Below are positions 1-18,944 of a stretch of 64,000 bases of DNA, piece after piece (the first letter of the stretch is position 1; each line of letters opens with the position of its first letter). The translations under genes were made by a program, and so were the position numbers. The notes beneath the pieces were generated by a model, which saw only the letters and a list, made by a program, of their open reading frames with translations, was not told where the DNA came from and did no database searches. Source of the DNA: the human T2T-CHM13v2.0 reference genome, Homo sapiens; the NCBI RefSeq assembly GCF_009914755.1, contig NC_060947.1. One strand, 5' to 3'.

Positions 1-663
1 TGTAGACGAAACCTCACAGGTAGCAGCCCCCAGAGAGAATAGGTGGTAAATGTTTCTTTCAGACCTTTAAAGGTGTCAGACTCTCAGTTAATCTTTCCTA
101 GATCTGGACAAGGGAAGGCCTCAGAGAAACCCTGGCTGCATCAATGTAGATTCTCTATAGATACAAATCTCCCTAAGGAAAGAGAGCTTTGCAGGGCTAC
201 TTCATATGGTTTGGCTGTGTCCCCGCCCAAAATCTGATCTTGAATTGTAATCCCCATAATCTCCATAATCCCCACATGTCAAGGGAGAGACCAGGTGAGG
301 GTAATTGAATCATAGGGGCAGTTTCCTCCATGCTGTTCGTAAGTTCTCACGAGATCTGATGGTTTTATAAATGTTTGGTAGTTCCTCCTGCATTCATTCG
401 CCTTCCTGCTGCCTTGTGAAGAAGGTGCCTTGCTTCCCCTTCACCTTCCGCCATGATTGTAAGTTTTCTGAGGCCTCTCCAGCCAAGAGTAGCTGTGAAT
501 CAATTAAACCTCTTTCCTTTATGAATTATCCAGTATTGGGTAGTTATTTATAGCAGTGTGAAAATGGACTAATAGACTACTTCTGTTTGTTTGCTTTCTG
601 AACAGCCATCTCAAAATATAGTAAAGAAATATATTTTGGGGTGAAATATTTTTATTTCCTTCA
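1..663 (-). mobile_element. ERV1 MER4-group LTR (partial), interrupted by a THE1 LTR
   Basis: The reverse complement starts TGAAGGAAATAAAAATATTTCACCCCAAAATATATTTC, typical of MER4-group LTR 5' ends. Subfamily uncertain. Confidence 0.6.
202..576 (+). mobile_element. THE1 (THE1D-like) MaLR solo LTR
   Basis: Termini TCATATGGTTTGGCTGTGTCCCC...AAAATGGACTAATAGA; 5-bp TSD CTACT at 197-201 and 577-581. Confidence 0.9.
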
Positions 664-884
664 TTATTTTAAGACAAAATCAGCCAATAAAGAGCTGGCC
701 TAAATCTAAGAAATAATAAAAACTCAAAAGAAGTCATGGAACTAAAGTGAGTTGCATTTGTTGCCACTCTTCCTGTTTTGTTTTCCACCTAATAATAAGT
801 GATGAATAGGGACACTGTTCTATGTTCAAACCATGCTCAAACAGAATAGCATACTACTGGGGACTACTTTCTAGTGATATTGCA

Positions 885-1462
885 TAATATGGTGTTTTGA
901 CATGCTGAAGAACCCTCAAGGTCCCTCTTACCTCCCCTCACCATCTTCTCTCCCAAAGCATAGGATAAAGTTGTTCTCTGAAGTTCCTTTAGCTGAAGTT
1001 CCTTTATCCTTATTTGACCCACCAAGGAGATCAATTGTTTTTTTACTCCCCTGCCTGTTATCTCATTATCTATAGTAGGAAAGAAGATCAAGAATGTAAC
1101 CACGCCTGAACAGACCCCTTCACAAGATAATGTCTGTCTCTCAGACTCATTCAAATGCCGAGGAGAACTATTTACCAGGTTATTTCTGTTCCGTATTCAT
1201 TCATTCTCCTTAGTAAATATTTGTTGCCCTTCAACAGAATTCCTTGTCTCCCACCTTAGATAACCTGTTTTGCCAAGATCCAAGACCCCATTCTTTCTGT
1301 AACCTCAAGATGGTATATAAGCTTCTGCACTGCATTGTGGGTTAGGGTCTTCATTCTGAAGGCTCCCTTGTGTACAAGTTAAATACATTTGTACGCCTTT
1401 TTTCTTATTAATTTTCAGCAGACCTTCAGGGAGCAATGGGGAAGTTTTCCTTGACTCCTATA
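885..1462 (+). mobile_element. MER39/MER34-like ERV1 LTR
   Basis: ATATGGTGTTTTGACATGCTGAA start, TATATAAGCTTC box, GAAGTTTTCCTTGACTCCTA end. Confidence 0.6.
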
Positions 1463-1752
1463 ATAATAATAATATTGTATTGTAAGTACCCTAGACTTGT
1501 TTGTTAACCCTTTCTCCTATATCTTCTTTCTCTCAATGTTAAATGTTACTTTGTTTGTTATGGAATGTTTAATCTATAACATTTATATATTAAGTATACT
1601 ATTATGTATGGTTTGCAATATTAACTGACATGTGGAGTGGCTTGAGCCTGTGTGACCATGGCTCTAACAAGTGGAAAGGAAGTACTGAGGGGAACTACCT
1701 CCTTGGGAAATACATGTAGCTTGTGAATTTTGTGTTTGAAATAGCATCAATA

Positions 1753-2092
1753 GTCCAGGAGTGGTGGCTTACACCTGTTATCTCAGCAATTTGAAATGCC
1801 GAGGCAGGTGGGTCACCTGAAGTCAGGAGTTCAAGACCAGGCTGGCCAACATGGTGAAACTCAGTCTCTACTAAAAATACAAAAAAAAAAAAAAAATAGC
1901 CGGACATGGTGGTGGGCGCCTGTAATCCCAGCTAATCAGGAGGCTGAAGCAGGAGAATCACTTGAACCCAGGAGGCAGAGGTTGCAGTGAGATGAAATCA
2001 TGGCACTGTACTCCAGCCTGGGCAACAGAATGAGGTTCCATCTCAAAAAAGAAAAGAAAAGAAAAGAAGAGAAAGAGAAAGAAAGAAAGAAA
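1753..2092 (+). mobile_element. AluS with GAAA-type tail
   Basis: Full Alu dimer; TSD GAAATAGCAT(C/A)AATA at 1738-1752 and 2093-2107. Confidence 0.95.
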
Positions 2093-3007
2093 GAAATAGC
2101 ATAAATAAAACCAATAAAAGTCTGATATTGGGGAAAGATGACACAAACATGCACGGAACTGGTTATCTCTAACTTTGTGCCACTCATGACTGGCGGATAT
2201 TCAAAAGAGGACGTAAAGTATACTTGGTATAACTGAATGCAAACACAGTACCTGGAATGAGCTTGTTGTTGGAGCAAAGGAAAGAAGTATAAATTAGTGT
2301 ATGTACTTAAATATTATTGAACACTGGCATTTACTCTACACTCAGATAAAACGTTTTGATATTAATAAATTATTTTGACTTTATTGGGGTAACTTTTTCT
2401 GTATAGAAGGACAATTGTGTCAAGAAGAGAAAAAGAAGTACAAAAAAAGTGTTTTTGCATTTTATTGAGAATTTCTTGATAGTAGTAAGCTCATATTTTG
2501 GTTTGCAAATGTATGGTAGAAACATTTAGAAATGTGTCAGAATGCCTCCCTGTTTAACATTTAGTTGTTTAAATATAAAATTTTACATGGAATAAGGGCA
2601 TGTACTTTTTATTCTTTTTGCAAAATGTTTTGATATTGTCTAATATAACAGTAATATATTTATTATAAGATGTTCAAAACATAGTAATAATAATGAAAAA
2701 ACTAAAGCCCCATAATCCCAATACTGAGAAAATACACATATTTCCTTTTATAAGAAATATATGAACTCAGGATATTTTCGCATCATGTAGTTTACATGGA
2801 AGGCAAAAGTGCGAAAATGGAAAAGCAGGTGGAAATATGTTGCAGGTTCTCCAGAAGACTGTATGTACTCTGAATCAGCAATCAATATATGATGCTTTTT
2901 CTCACATAGCCAGAATTCATGGGTACAGGAATCAAGTGGTGGAAATGAGTGGTGCCACTCACTATTACCCCTAGTAACCAACAAGCAGAATTTTTGCTTC
3001 TGGTCCC

Positions 3008-3260
3008 ATGACCTTATATTCTGGGCTAATGGTCTTAGTTTCAAAGGGAGGGATTTTCCCACCAGGAGACAAAACAATGATTCAGTTGAACTGGAAGTTA
3101 AGACAACTGCCCAACTTCTTTGGGTTCTTCTCATCTCTGAATCAGCAAGCAAAGAAGGTAGTCACTGTGCTGGCTGGGATGACTGATCCTGACTACAAAG
3201 GGGAAATTGAACTGCTACTCCATCATGGAGGTAAGGAAGAGTGTGTCTGGAACTGCTACT
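3008..3260 (+). pseudogene. ERV-L dUTPase remnant
   Basis: ORF 3008-3388 contains GGIFPPG...VTVLAGMTDPDYKGEIELLLHH, matching dUTPase motif 3 (G.ID.DY.GEI). The C-terminus reads into a duplication and a MaLR LTR. Confidence 0.75.
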
Positions 3261-3295
3261 CCATCATGGAGGTAAGGAAGAGTGTATTACCATGT

Positions 3296-3671
3296 TGTCT
3301 CAGTCCATTTTGTATTGTTATATACAATGCCACACACTGGGTAATTTATGAAGAAAAGAAGTTTATTTCTTACAGTTCTGGAGGCTGAGAAGTCTAAGAT
3401 GAAAGAACTATAGAAGTTGAAGGCCTTCCTGCTGCATCATAATATGGAGGAAGGCATCATATTGCAAGAGAGTATACAAGAGCAAGACAGCAAGAGAAGG
3501 CTGAATTTATTTTTATAACAAGCCCACTCCCACGATAATGGAATTGATCCATTCATGAAAGCAGAGCCCTCTGACCTAATCACTTCTTTAAGGTCTTACC
3601 TCTCAGTATTGTTGCACTGGGGATTATGTTTCCAACACATGAATTTTGGGGGACATAGTCAAACCATAGCA
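3296..3671 (-). mobile_element. MaLR solo LTR (MSTC/MLT1A-like)
   Basis: TGTCTCAGTCCATTTTG...CAAACCATAGCA; TSD CATGT/CTTGT. Confidence 0.8.
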
Positions 3672-4131
3672 CTTGTCCTGTGATTAAGGTCAATGGAAAA
3701 CTACAACCCAATCCAGGCAGGACTACTAATTGCCCAGACGCTTCTGGAATGAAGTTTTGGGTTACCCTACAGGGCAAAGAACCATGACCAGCTGAGGTGC
3801 CTACTGAAAACAGAGGAAATACAGAATTACTAGTAAAAGAAGGGAGTTATAAATACTAGCTCTAACTAGGTGTAAGTAAGAGTTACATAAACCAGGACTG
3901 CAATTTAATGAGTTTTAAATTTTTTATTTTATTATGAATATATTTGTGTACATGAATATGTTTGTGTACATGTGAGCATTTGTGTATATGTGTGCGTTTT
4001 GATTTATATATATTATCTTTGTTTTGGTTCCTCTCTTATTCCCTGATCATGTAACATAAGATGTATTGACTTTGTATCATAGTATTTAGGTGTTGTTTAT
4101 TTTACATCATAGTATTTAAGTAATAGAATAT

Positions 4132-7100
4132 TGTATTAGTCTGTTCTTGCATTGCTATAAAGAAATGCCTGAGACTGGGTAATTTATAATAAAAGAAGTT
4201 TAATCTTCTCACAATCCTGCAGACTGTACAGGAAGCATTGAAGCATCTACTGGGGAGGCCTCAGAGAGCTTTCATTCATGGCAGAAGGCAAGGTGGGAGC
4301 AGGTGTCTTACATGGCAGGGGCAAGACCAAGGTGTGGGGAGGTGACAAGATCTCACAAGAACTCACTGACTACCACTAGAAAAGCACCAAGAGAGAAATC
4401 CATCCCCATGATCCAGTGACCACCTACCAGGCCCCACCTCCAACACTGAGGATTACAATTTGACATGAGATTTCAGTGAGGACAAAGATCCAAACCATGT
4501 CACTCCTTCCAGGGTCCCTCCCAAATTTTGTGTTCCCAAATTTTAAAATACAATCATGCCTTCCCAACAGTCCCCCAAAGTCTTAACTCATTTCAGCATT
4601 ACCTCAAAGGTCTATAGTCCAAAACCTCATCTGATTCAAGGCTAGTCCCTTCCACCTATGGGCCTGTAAAATCAAAAACAAGTTAGTTATTCCCAAGATA
4701 CAATGGGAGTGTAGGCATTGAGTCAATATTCCCATTTGAAAAGGGAGAAATTGGCCAAAAGAAAGAGACTACAAGCCCCCACGCATGTCTGAAACCCAGA
4801 AGGGCAGTCATTAATCTTAAAGCTCCAAAATAATCTCCTTTGACTCCACGTCTCACATCCAGGACACACTGGTACAAGGGGTAGTCTCCAAAGGCCTTGG
4901 GAAGCTCCACCTTAGTGGCTTTGTAGGGATCAGCCTATACAGTTGCTCTCAAGGGCTAGCATTGAGGGCCTGCAGCTTTTCCAAGCATGTAGTGCAAGCT
5001 GTCAATGGCTCTACCATTCTGGGGTCTGGAGGATGGGGGCTGTCTTCTCACAGCTCCACTAGGCGGTGTCCTAGTGGGGACTCAGTGTGGGGACTCCAAT
5101 CCCACATATCCCCTCTGCACTTCCCTAGTAGAGGTTTTCCATGAAGGCCCTGCCCCTGCAGCAGGCTTCTGCCTGGACATCCAGGCTTTTCCATACATCT
5201 TCTGAAATCTAGGCAGGGGTTCTCAAGCCTCAACTTTTGCACTCTACCTGCCCACAGGCTTAACACCATGTGGAAGCTGCCAAGGTTTACAGCTTACACC
5301 CTCTGAAACAGTGGCTAGAGCTATATGTGTGCCCCTTTGAGCAAGGGCTGGAGCTGGAGTGGTTGGGATGCAGGAAGCAGTGACCCAAGGCTGCACAGGG
5401 CAGCAGGGCCCTGGGCCTGGCCAACAAAACCATTCTGTCCTCCTAGGCCTCCAGGCCTGTGATGGAAGGGGCTGCCACAGAGTTCTCTGAAATGTCTTCA
5501 AGGCCTTTTCCTCCTTGTCTTAGCTATTAGCACTCAGCTTCCTTTTAGTCATGTGAATTTCTGCAGCCTGCTTGAATTCCTCCCCTGAAAATGCACTTTT
5601 CTTTTCTACCACACGGTCAGGCTGCAAATTTTCTAAACCTTTATGCTCCACTTTTGTTTCAAATATAAGTTCCAGTTTCAGGTCGTTTCTTTTTTTTTTT
5701 TTTTTTAATCACAATGACACATTTATTCCTGGTTCTATTTACATCATGGAGTGTTGAGAGGGTACATTTCTTACACTAAAAATATATACTTTGGAATCTC
5801 TAAAACAAAAATATCTCTATCTCTACATGAGACCCACTAGAAAGAAGAACATAGAAAACAAGGGAAATGTACCAGCACCTTGAGTTGTCCCCTTCCGAGG
5901 GAAGGTTGCTCTGTTCTCCACCTGACACCATTAGCTTGGAAGGGCAGCCAAATCTAACCAATCAGACAGAGAGACACAGATAAACAAGAGGGAGGCTTTA
6001 TGATCCTGGAGGAGTGAATATAGGAGAAAGGAAGGAGGAGGAGGATTTTAGCCTCTTCTACAAAAGGAGTAATTGTACAATCAGTTGGGTGCTTCTGTTT
6101 CCAGCATTATTGCACACATGAAAAGCCTGCATGTTGAAGTCAATTGCAAACCTGCTAGGTGAAGCCCAACCTCCGCTGATTTCTGCTGGGCTCAGAAAAG
6201 TGCCGTGGGTGGGTTCTTTCTGTCAAGAAATATTAATGCCATCAGCTAGAAGAAAAAGTTCTGTATTCTCCAATGCTGAAACTGGGTTAGGTTTAAGAAA
6301 AATGCTATTTCTTTTCTCTTCAGAAGGATCAGAAACCATTCCCTTCCCTTTGAGCACAGAATCTCCTAAAAGAATTATGCCTGTGGATGAATCATTCCAC
6401 TTTCTGAATTTTCCTATTGAAAAGGTTCAAATAACACTCCTTTCCTCTTTTCACATTTCAAGCAGTAATATAGTTCCTTTACATCTCTTTTGGTTATGAA
6501 TATTACCCTCCTTTCTGATGAAAAGATGTTAACTGACTCCACTGCCCATTCTCTATAATTAATATTAAGAGACCAAGGGTACCAAGAATCAAAAAGGATA
6601 GGCTTAGTAGAAAATCATTTCTATTTGGCTTTGAAATATGCTTTTCTGCTTACACTGAAGTATGGATGAAACTGAAGGCTTGAGAATTCTTAATCCCTCA
6701 CCCTAAGTAGGGGAAATAACCATAAAGTCCCCTTTCAAAAAAGCCCTGGGACTGTCTAACTCCTTACCATATTCACCGCCCCCAGCTCTTGGTGGTTTTA
6801 GGACCTCTGACCAAAAACTTCTTTCCTCCAAAGAACTTGACAGACTGAGGAAAAGGCAGAAAAGAGAGGAGAAAGGGGTGCTTGAAAAAGCCGAGACAGT
6901 AAAGGAGGGAGGAACTTGGATGATGTCTCATTTGGCCATTTTGGGTCGCTCAAAGGACTTCTACCTAATGGGAGTCCCAAAACCTATAACCAGAAGAAAG
7001 TCAAAAGGGCTGAGAGGTTCAGTGCAAGGTTCCTGGATGCCCTGCTAGGATGTGGCTTGGAAACCTGAGAAGTTCAAGGAAAATCCAAGAACAAACTGGC

Positions 7101-8020
7101 AAAGACAACTGTTTAAAGTCCTGGAAGGAGGTGCTGACTCCCTTACAATATATATAAGTTCCAGTTTCAGGTCGTTTCTTCTTCTTTTTTTTTTTTTTTT
7201 CACTTTGCTTACATATATGAGCATAGTTTGTTAGAAGCAGCCTGGCCACATCTTGAATACTTTGCTGCTTAGAAATTTCTTCTTCCAGATACCCTAAATC
7301 ATTTCTCTCAAGTTCAAAGTTTCACAGATTCCTAAGGCAGGGGCAGAATTCAACCAAGCTTTTTGCTAAGACGTAACAGAAGTGACCTTTGCATCAGTTC
7401 CCAATAAGTTCCTCATCTCCATGTGAGACCTCTTCAGCCTAGCCATCTCTGTCCATGTTACTATCAGCATTTTGGTCACCATCATTCAAAAAGTCTCTAG
7501 GAAGTGCAAAACCTTCCTTCATCTTCTTGTCTTCTGATCCCTCCACACTCTTCCAACCTCTACTCATTAGCCAGTTTCAAAGTCTCTTCCACATTTTCAG
7601 ATATCTTTATCGCAATACCCCACTCCCAGTACCAGTTTTCCATATTAGTCCACTCTCACATTGCCATAAAGAAATGCCTGAGACTGGGTAATTTATAAGA
7701 AAAGAGGTTTAATGGATCACGATTGTGCAGGCTGTAGAGAAAGCATGGTGGCATCTTCTGAGGAGAACTCGGAGCTTTTATTCATGGTGGAAAGCAATAA
7801 AGGAGCAGATTTCTTACATGGCAGGAGCAGGTGGCAGGTGAGGTGCCACACACTGTTAAATGACCAGATCTCCCAAGAACTCATTCACTATCACTAGAAC
7901 AGCACCAAGGGGGAAATCTGCCTCCACCATCAAATCACCACCCACCAGACCCCACCTCCAATAATGGGGACTACAATTTGATATGAGATTTGGGCAGAGA
8001 CACAGATTCAAACCATATCA
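4132..8020 (-). mobile_element. Complete MST-type MaLR provirus (LTR 4132-4502, internal region, LTR ~7641-8020)
   Basis: Two similar LTRs (T/C..ATTAGTC...CAAACCAT(G/A)TCA) flank MaLR internal sequence; TSD AATAT at 4127-4131 and 8021-8025. Confidence 0.9.
5692..7151 (-). pseudogene. Processed retrocopy of an unidentified mRNA 3' UTR (5'-truncated)
   Basis: Poly(T) at 5690-5706; TTTATT (AATAAA on minus) at 5722-5727; non-repeat body; identical 29-bp TSD at 5663-5691 and 7152-7180. Confidence 0.85.
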
Positions 8021-8219
8021 AATATCAAAAAGAAGAGTAAACATTGCTCAAGGACTTTACCTCCTTTCCTAGGGAAGGAGTTTGTGCATTTTTAGTTTTA
8101 TGCAGGATAGCTATATCATATTAGGCAGAATTATGACCTTGTCATTCATTATCTTTTTTTGGATATTAGGTATGGTTTAAGGAGATAAGTATGGGTGCCA
8201 AGTTGACAAGAGGTGGATT

Positions 8220-8664
8220 TGTGATGGTTGATTTTATGTGTCTACTTGACTCAGCTAAAGAATGCCCAGATGTATTCTGGATATGTCTGTGATAGTGTTT
8301 CCAGAGATTAGCATCTGAATCAGTAGGTTGAGTAAAGAATATTGCCCTCACCAATGTGTGTGGACATCACCCAATCAATTGAAGACTTGAATAGAACAAC
8401 AACGCTAAATAAGAGGAAACTCCTTCTACCTGACTGCTTTAAGCCTTGATGTCATTTGTTCCTGACCCTCATACTTGAACTGAAACATTGGCTCTTCTTG
8501 GGCCACAAGCCTGCCAGGTCCGAGCTGGAAGTTACACCACCAGTTCTCGTGGTTCACAAAACTTTGAACTCAAACTGGAATTACACATTGACTCTCCCAG
8601 GTCTCCAGTGTGTACCAACTGAGGGTCTTGGAATTTCTTAGCCTCCATAATTGTATAAGCCAAT

Positions 8665-8701
<37 letters not shown>

Positions 8702-8738
8702 CCCCATTTGGTTCTGTTTCTCTGAGGAACTCTAATAC
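8220..8738 (+). mobile_element. MLT2 LTR (3' LTR of the ERV-L)
   Basis: TGTGATGGTTGATTTTATGTGTCTACTTGAC start; TTGGTTCTGTTTCTCTGAGGAACTCTAATACA end; internal GT repeat. Confidence 0.85.
8667..8700 (+). repeat. (GT)n microsatellite
   Basis: Directly visible. Confidence 0.95.
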
Positions 8739-8739
8739 A

Positions 8740-8908
8740 TATCCCTCACAACCTCCAGAAAGAACCAATCCTGCCTACCAACACACCTTGAACTTAGCCC
8801 AGTGAGGCTCATTTCAGACTTCTGACCTTCATAACTATAAGAGAATAAATTTGTGTTAAGTCACTAAATTTGTGCTAATTTGTTACAGCAATAGTTGGAA
8901 ACTAGTAA
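8740..8908 (+). mobile_element. MLT1 LTR 3' fragment
   Basis: GACTTCTGACCT...AGAATAAATTTGTG...AATTTGTTACAGCA motif. Confidence 0.7.
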
Positions 8909-9636
8909 CCATATGTAATTAGGTCAAATTCTGAATTGTATTGTTCAGTTATTCTTCCTATATGCCTACTATTTCAGTCTGAGGTCATTTTTCTTCTATC
9001 AGAAGTATTCCCTTTAATAACTGTGTTAGATCAGACCTGATTGTGATGAATACTCTCAGGTCTTACTCATCTTTAGTTTTCAGAAAATTATGATGTGTCT
9101 AGCTGTGGTTTTCTTCATATTTATCTTGCTTGGGGTTTACTGAGCTTCTTAATGGGTAGGTTTATATCTTTCATCAATTTCAAAAAATATCATCGGCTAT
9201 AATCTTTCTGAATATCGTTTCTGTCTTATCTCTTCTCTACTCTTTGGACCTGAATTACTTATATGTTTGATCTATGAACGTGTCCTATATATCTCTTATA
9301 CTGTCATTTTTTATGCATTTTATATTTCTCCCTATTCTTCAGTTTAACTGTTTTCTATTGACCCTGCTCTTGTTTAACTAATTCTCCTATGTCTAATCTG
9401 CTATTAAGCCTATCTATTGAGTTATTAGTTTCAGATATTATATTTTTCAGTTTCAAAATGCTCACTTAATTATATACAGTCTTTGTTTGTCATTGTCCAT
9501 ATTAAATTGAAAATTTCATGCATATATTTTTAAGTATTAGTTCACTCATTTCAATATCTGCATGGCCTGTGAGAAAGCTTCTATATCTTGACTATCTGCC
9601 GCATCAGCTTGCCACTTCGTATGTCTCATAATTTTT

Positions 9637-16326
<6,690 letters not shown>

Positions 16327-16778
16327 GTCTTATAATTTTTATTGCATGTCCAACATTGTTAATCAAAGGACCATAGAAAGTCCACATGATGCTGTCTTGT
16401 ATCATAGATGGTTCTCCCTTTCATCTATTAAGCTAATGGGATGTGGGATGAGAGTAGGGAAGTGATAATGTCAATCTAATAAGGGATTGATCTGATTTTT
16501 GCTCAGTTTCAGTTTCTATAAGGCATATTCTATTTTATATCACTAATATTCCTATGTCATATCCATCTATTGTTTTCAACTAAAACATTAATGGAGCTTT
16601 GTCTCCTCAGCCTGAAAAATTGTTGGAGATTCAGTTCTGCCATTTAGAAATGCTCAACTTGAAAATTTGACAAATGTCTTGAGTAAGGTATGGTTATGTT
16701 TTTGAAGCCCTTCAAATTTTAAGTTTTGTCATCCCAACCTTACAAGAATGCTAAAATCTCTGCTGATCTGTTTGTCCC

Positions 16779-17393
16779 TGTAGAAGAGGAAAGATTTCTT
16801 TTCCTCACCCATTGTTAAGTTCATGTCTGAGGCCCTTATAACAAATGACAGACTAATATGAGAAAAGTATACAAATTTATTTAATATTAGTTTTATATGA
16901 AATGGAAGCCTTCAGAAATGAAGATTCAAAGAAAAAAGTAAACTTGTGTATTTTCATGCTTAGGTTTGATGGAGAGATGGATAGTTATGGAGAAGTATGA
17001 TTGGACAAAATGGGTATGACCTAATGGTAATAAACCAAGGAGAAATCAGCAAGGTCTGTTTATTTAGCTTCTTCTTGGTCTGTAGGTATAGAGCAGGACA
17101 CTTCTGGAATGAAGGTCTTATGACCTACTTTCTGGCTAGGTAGGCCAGAGAATTCTTTATGGCTTGCTTCAGAGAAGAAAGGTGAGAGAAGGTGAGAGAG
17201 TGGCCTTCCTGCTTCAGTTTTCTCAATTTCCTTCAGTTTAAAATATTTAGTATACCAAGTTGCTATATTTTGGGGTGGCATGTTCTGAGCCCCAACAAGG
17301 GCAAGAGAAAGGTGAGTGTGCCCTTCCTGCTTCTATTATTTTCTCAAATGCCAAGCTGCCATATTGTGGGGTAGCATGCCTTGAATCACATCA
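16779..17393 (-). mobile_element. MER34/MER39-like ERV1 LTR
   Basis: The reverse complement from 17297 begins TGTTGGGGCTCAGAACATGCCACCCCAAAATAT; a second similar terminal segment follows to ~17393. Confidence 0.6.
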
Positions 17394-18300
17394 ACCCCAT
17401 AATCTGCATTTGTAAACTCTTAGTAAATCTAGTTTTAATAATAATAAATGTCTCTAGGTAAAAACAGGACCATAGAACCTTAGTGTCCATTCATCACTCC
17501 TTCTAGGACTTTCAGCTCTAATCTATTTTTATTTTGCAGGCCCTTCTTCCTGGCTAGTCTCTTTTTCCTAAATGCCATAAGACCGCAGGATTTTTTACTT
17601 TTCCCTTCAGAAGCTTTTAGCTTAGCCATTTAACTTCCCACATGGGCTCATAATATAGCAATCTCTGTGTACTTGAGGCCTCTCTAATTTACCATTTTGT
17701 TGCCCCAGCCCCATGTGACCAATAAAAGCTTTACTTGTTTCTCTTTCCCCAGCAGTTAATCTTTGTTCATGCTCAGAATCAGCAAATGACCCCAGTGAGA
17801 AAATGATGACCAGTAAACTGCCCATGTGTATAGAGATTTTTACTCTCTGAAATTTCATCAAATTAGGGATCATTGCTTCCATAGTTTTCTAGATTCTATT
17901 AGTTATGGTCAGTGGAAACATTAATCTGCTGTGACATATTATAGGCTGCCCAGAAATAAAAGCCCCTTTATTACTTTTTGGAAAGTGATTATAAAAACAA
18001 AACTTACTTTGGGTAAAATAATTATTGTTCACATATGCAGTCAGGGAGAAGGGTCCTTCTAACTCCATCCTTCTTAATCCCATATATCAGACATTATCAT
18101 CATCATAGTTTTCTCATATGCCCTTACAAAATTCTTCCACACATATACATACATATGTGTATCCGTACTATGTGTAACTTTTATGTATAAAAGATACTAC
18201 ATAGCACTTAAGAGTTTTTCACTCAGCTTTATATTCCAAAAGCTTTTTAATTCAAATATGAAATTTAGAGCATTCTATGGAAAATCCAGAAATACAAAGC

Positions 18301-18837
18301 TGTCAGAGGCGTTTGAACCAGAGCAACTCCATCTTAAATAGGGGCTGGGTAAAATAAGGCTGAGACCTACTGAGCTGCATTCCCAGTAAGTTAAGGCATT
18401 CTAAGTCACAGGATGAGATAGGAGGTCAGTACAAAATACAGGTCATAAAGACCTTGCTGATAAAAACAAGTTGCAGTAAAAAAGCCATCAAAAACCCACC
18501 AAAAGCAAGATGGCGATGAGAGTGACCTCTAATCGTCCTCATGCTACACTCCCACCAGTGCCATGACAGTTTACAAATGCCATGGCAATGTCAGGAAGTT
18601 ACCCTATATGGTCTAAAAAGGGGAGTCATAAATAATCCTCCCCTTGTTTAGCAATATAAGAAAACAAAACCACTAAAATGGGCAACCAGCAGACCTATGG
18701 AGTAGCCATTCTTTATTCCCTTAGTTTCTTAATAAACTTGTTTTCACTTTACTCTATGGACTCGCCCAGAATTCTTTCTTGTGAGAGATACAAAAACCCT
18801 TTCTTGGAGTCTGGATCCAGACCCCTTTCTGGTAACA
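18301..18837 (+). mobile_element. MER41 (MER41A-like) solo LTR
   Basis: TGTCAGAGGCGTTTGAACCAGAGCAACTCCATCTT...CCCCTTTCTGGTAACA; flanks AAGC/AGGC. Confidence 0.88.
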
Positions 18838-18944
18838 AGGCTACTTACTTATTTGCCGAAAAATGCTTAAATGTATTTAAATAGTCTTCTTCTGCTGAAA
18901 ATTTAGGGGTTTTCCAGTATCTTACTAATGCAATTCTGTAGCAA

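Larger units (their letters stand above)
2860..8219 (+). mobile_element. ERV-L (HERVL/ERVL-int) 3' internal remnant, split by younger insertions
   Basis: dUTPase-like translation at 3008-3260. ERVL-like sequence resumes at 3672-4131 and 8021-8219 and ends GGGTGCCAAGTTGACAAGAGGTGGA just before an MLT2 LTR. Confidence 0.8.

Noticed and set aside
1695-2277. Alu-derived ORFs here and at other Alus
   Set aside because: Typical Alu translations (LECSG, SPASAS), not genes.
6131-6499. 122-aa ORF inside the retrocopy
   Set aside because: Antisense to the retrocopy's polarity and has no recognisable domain.
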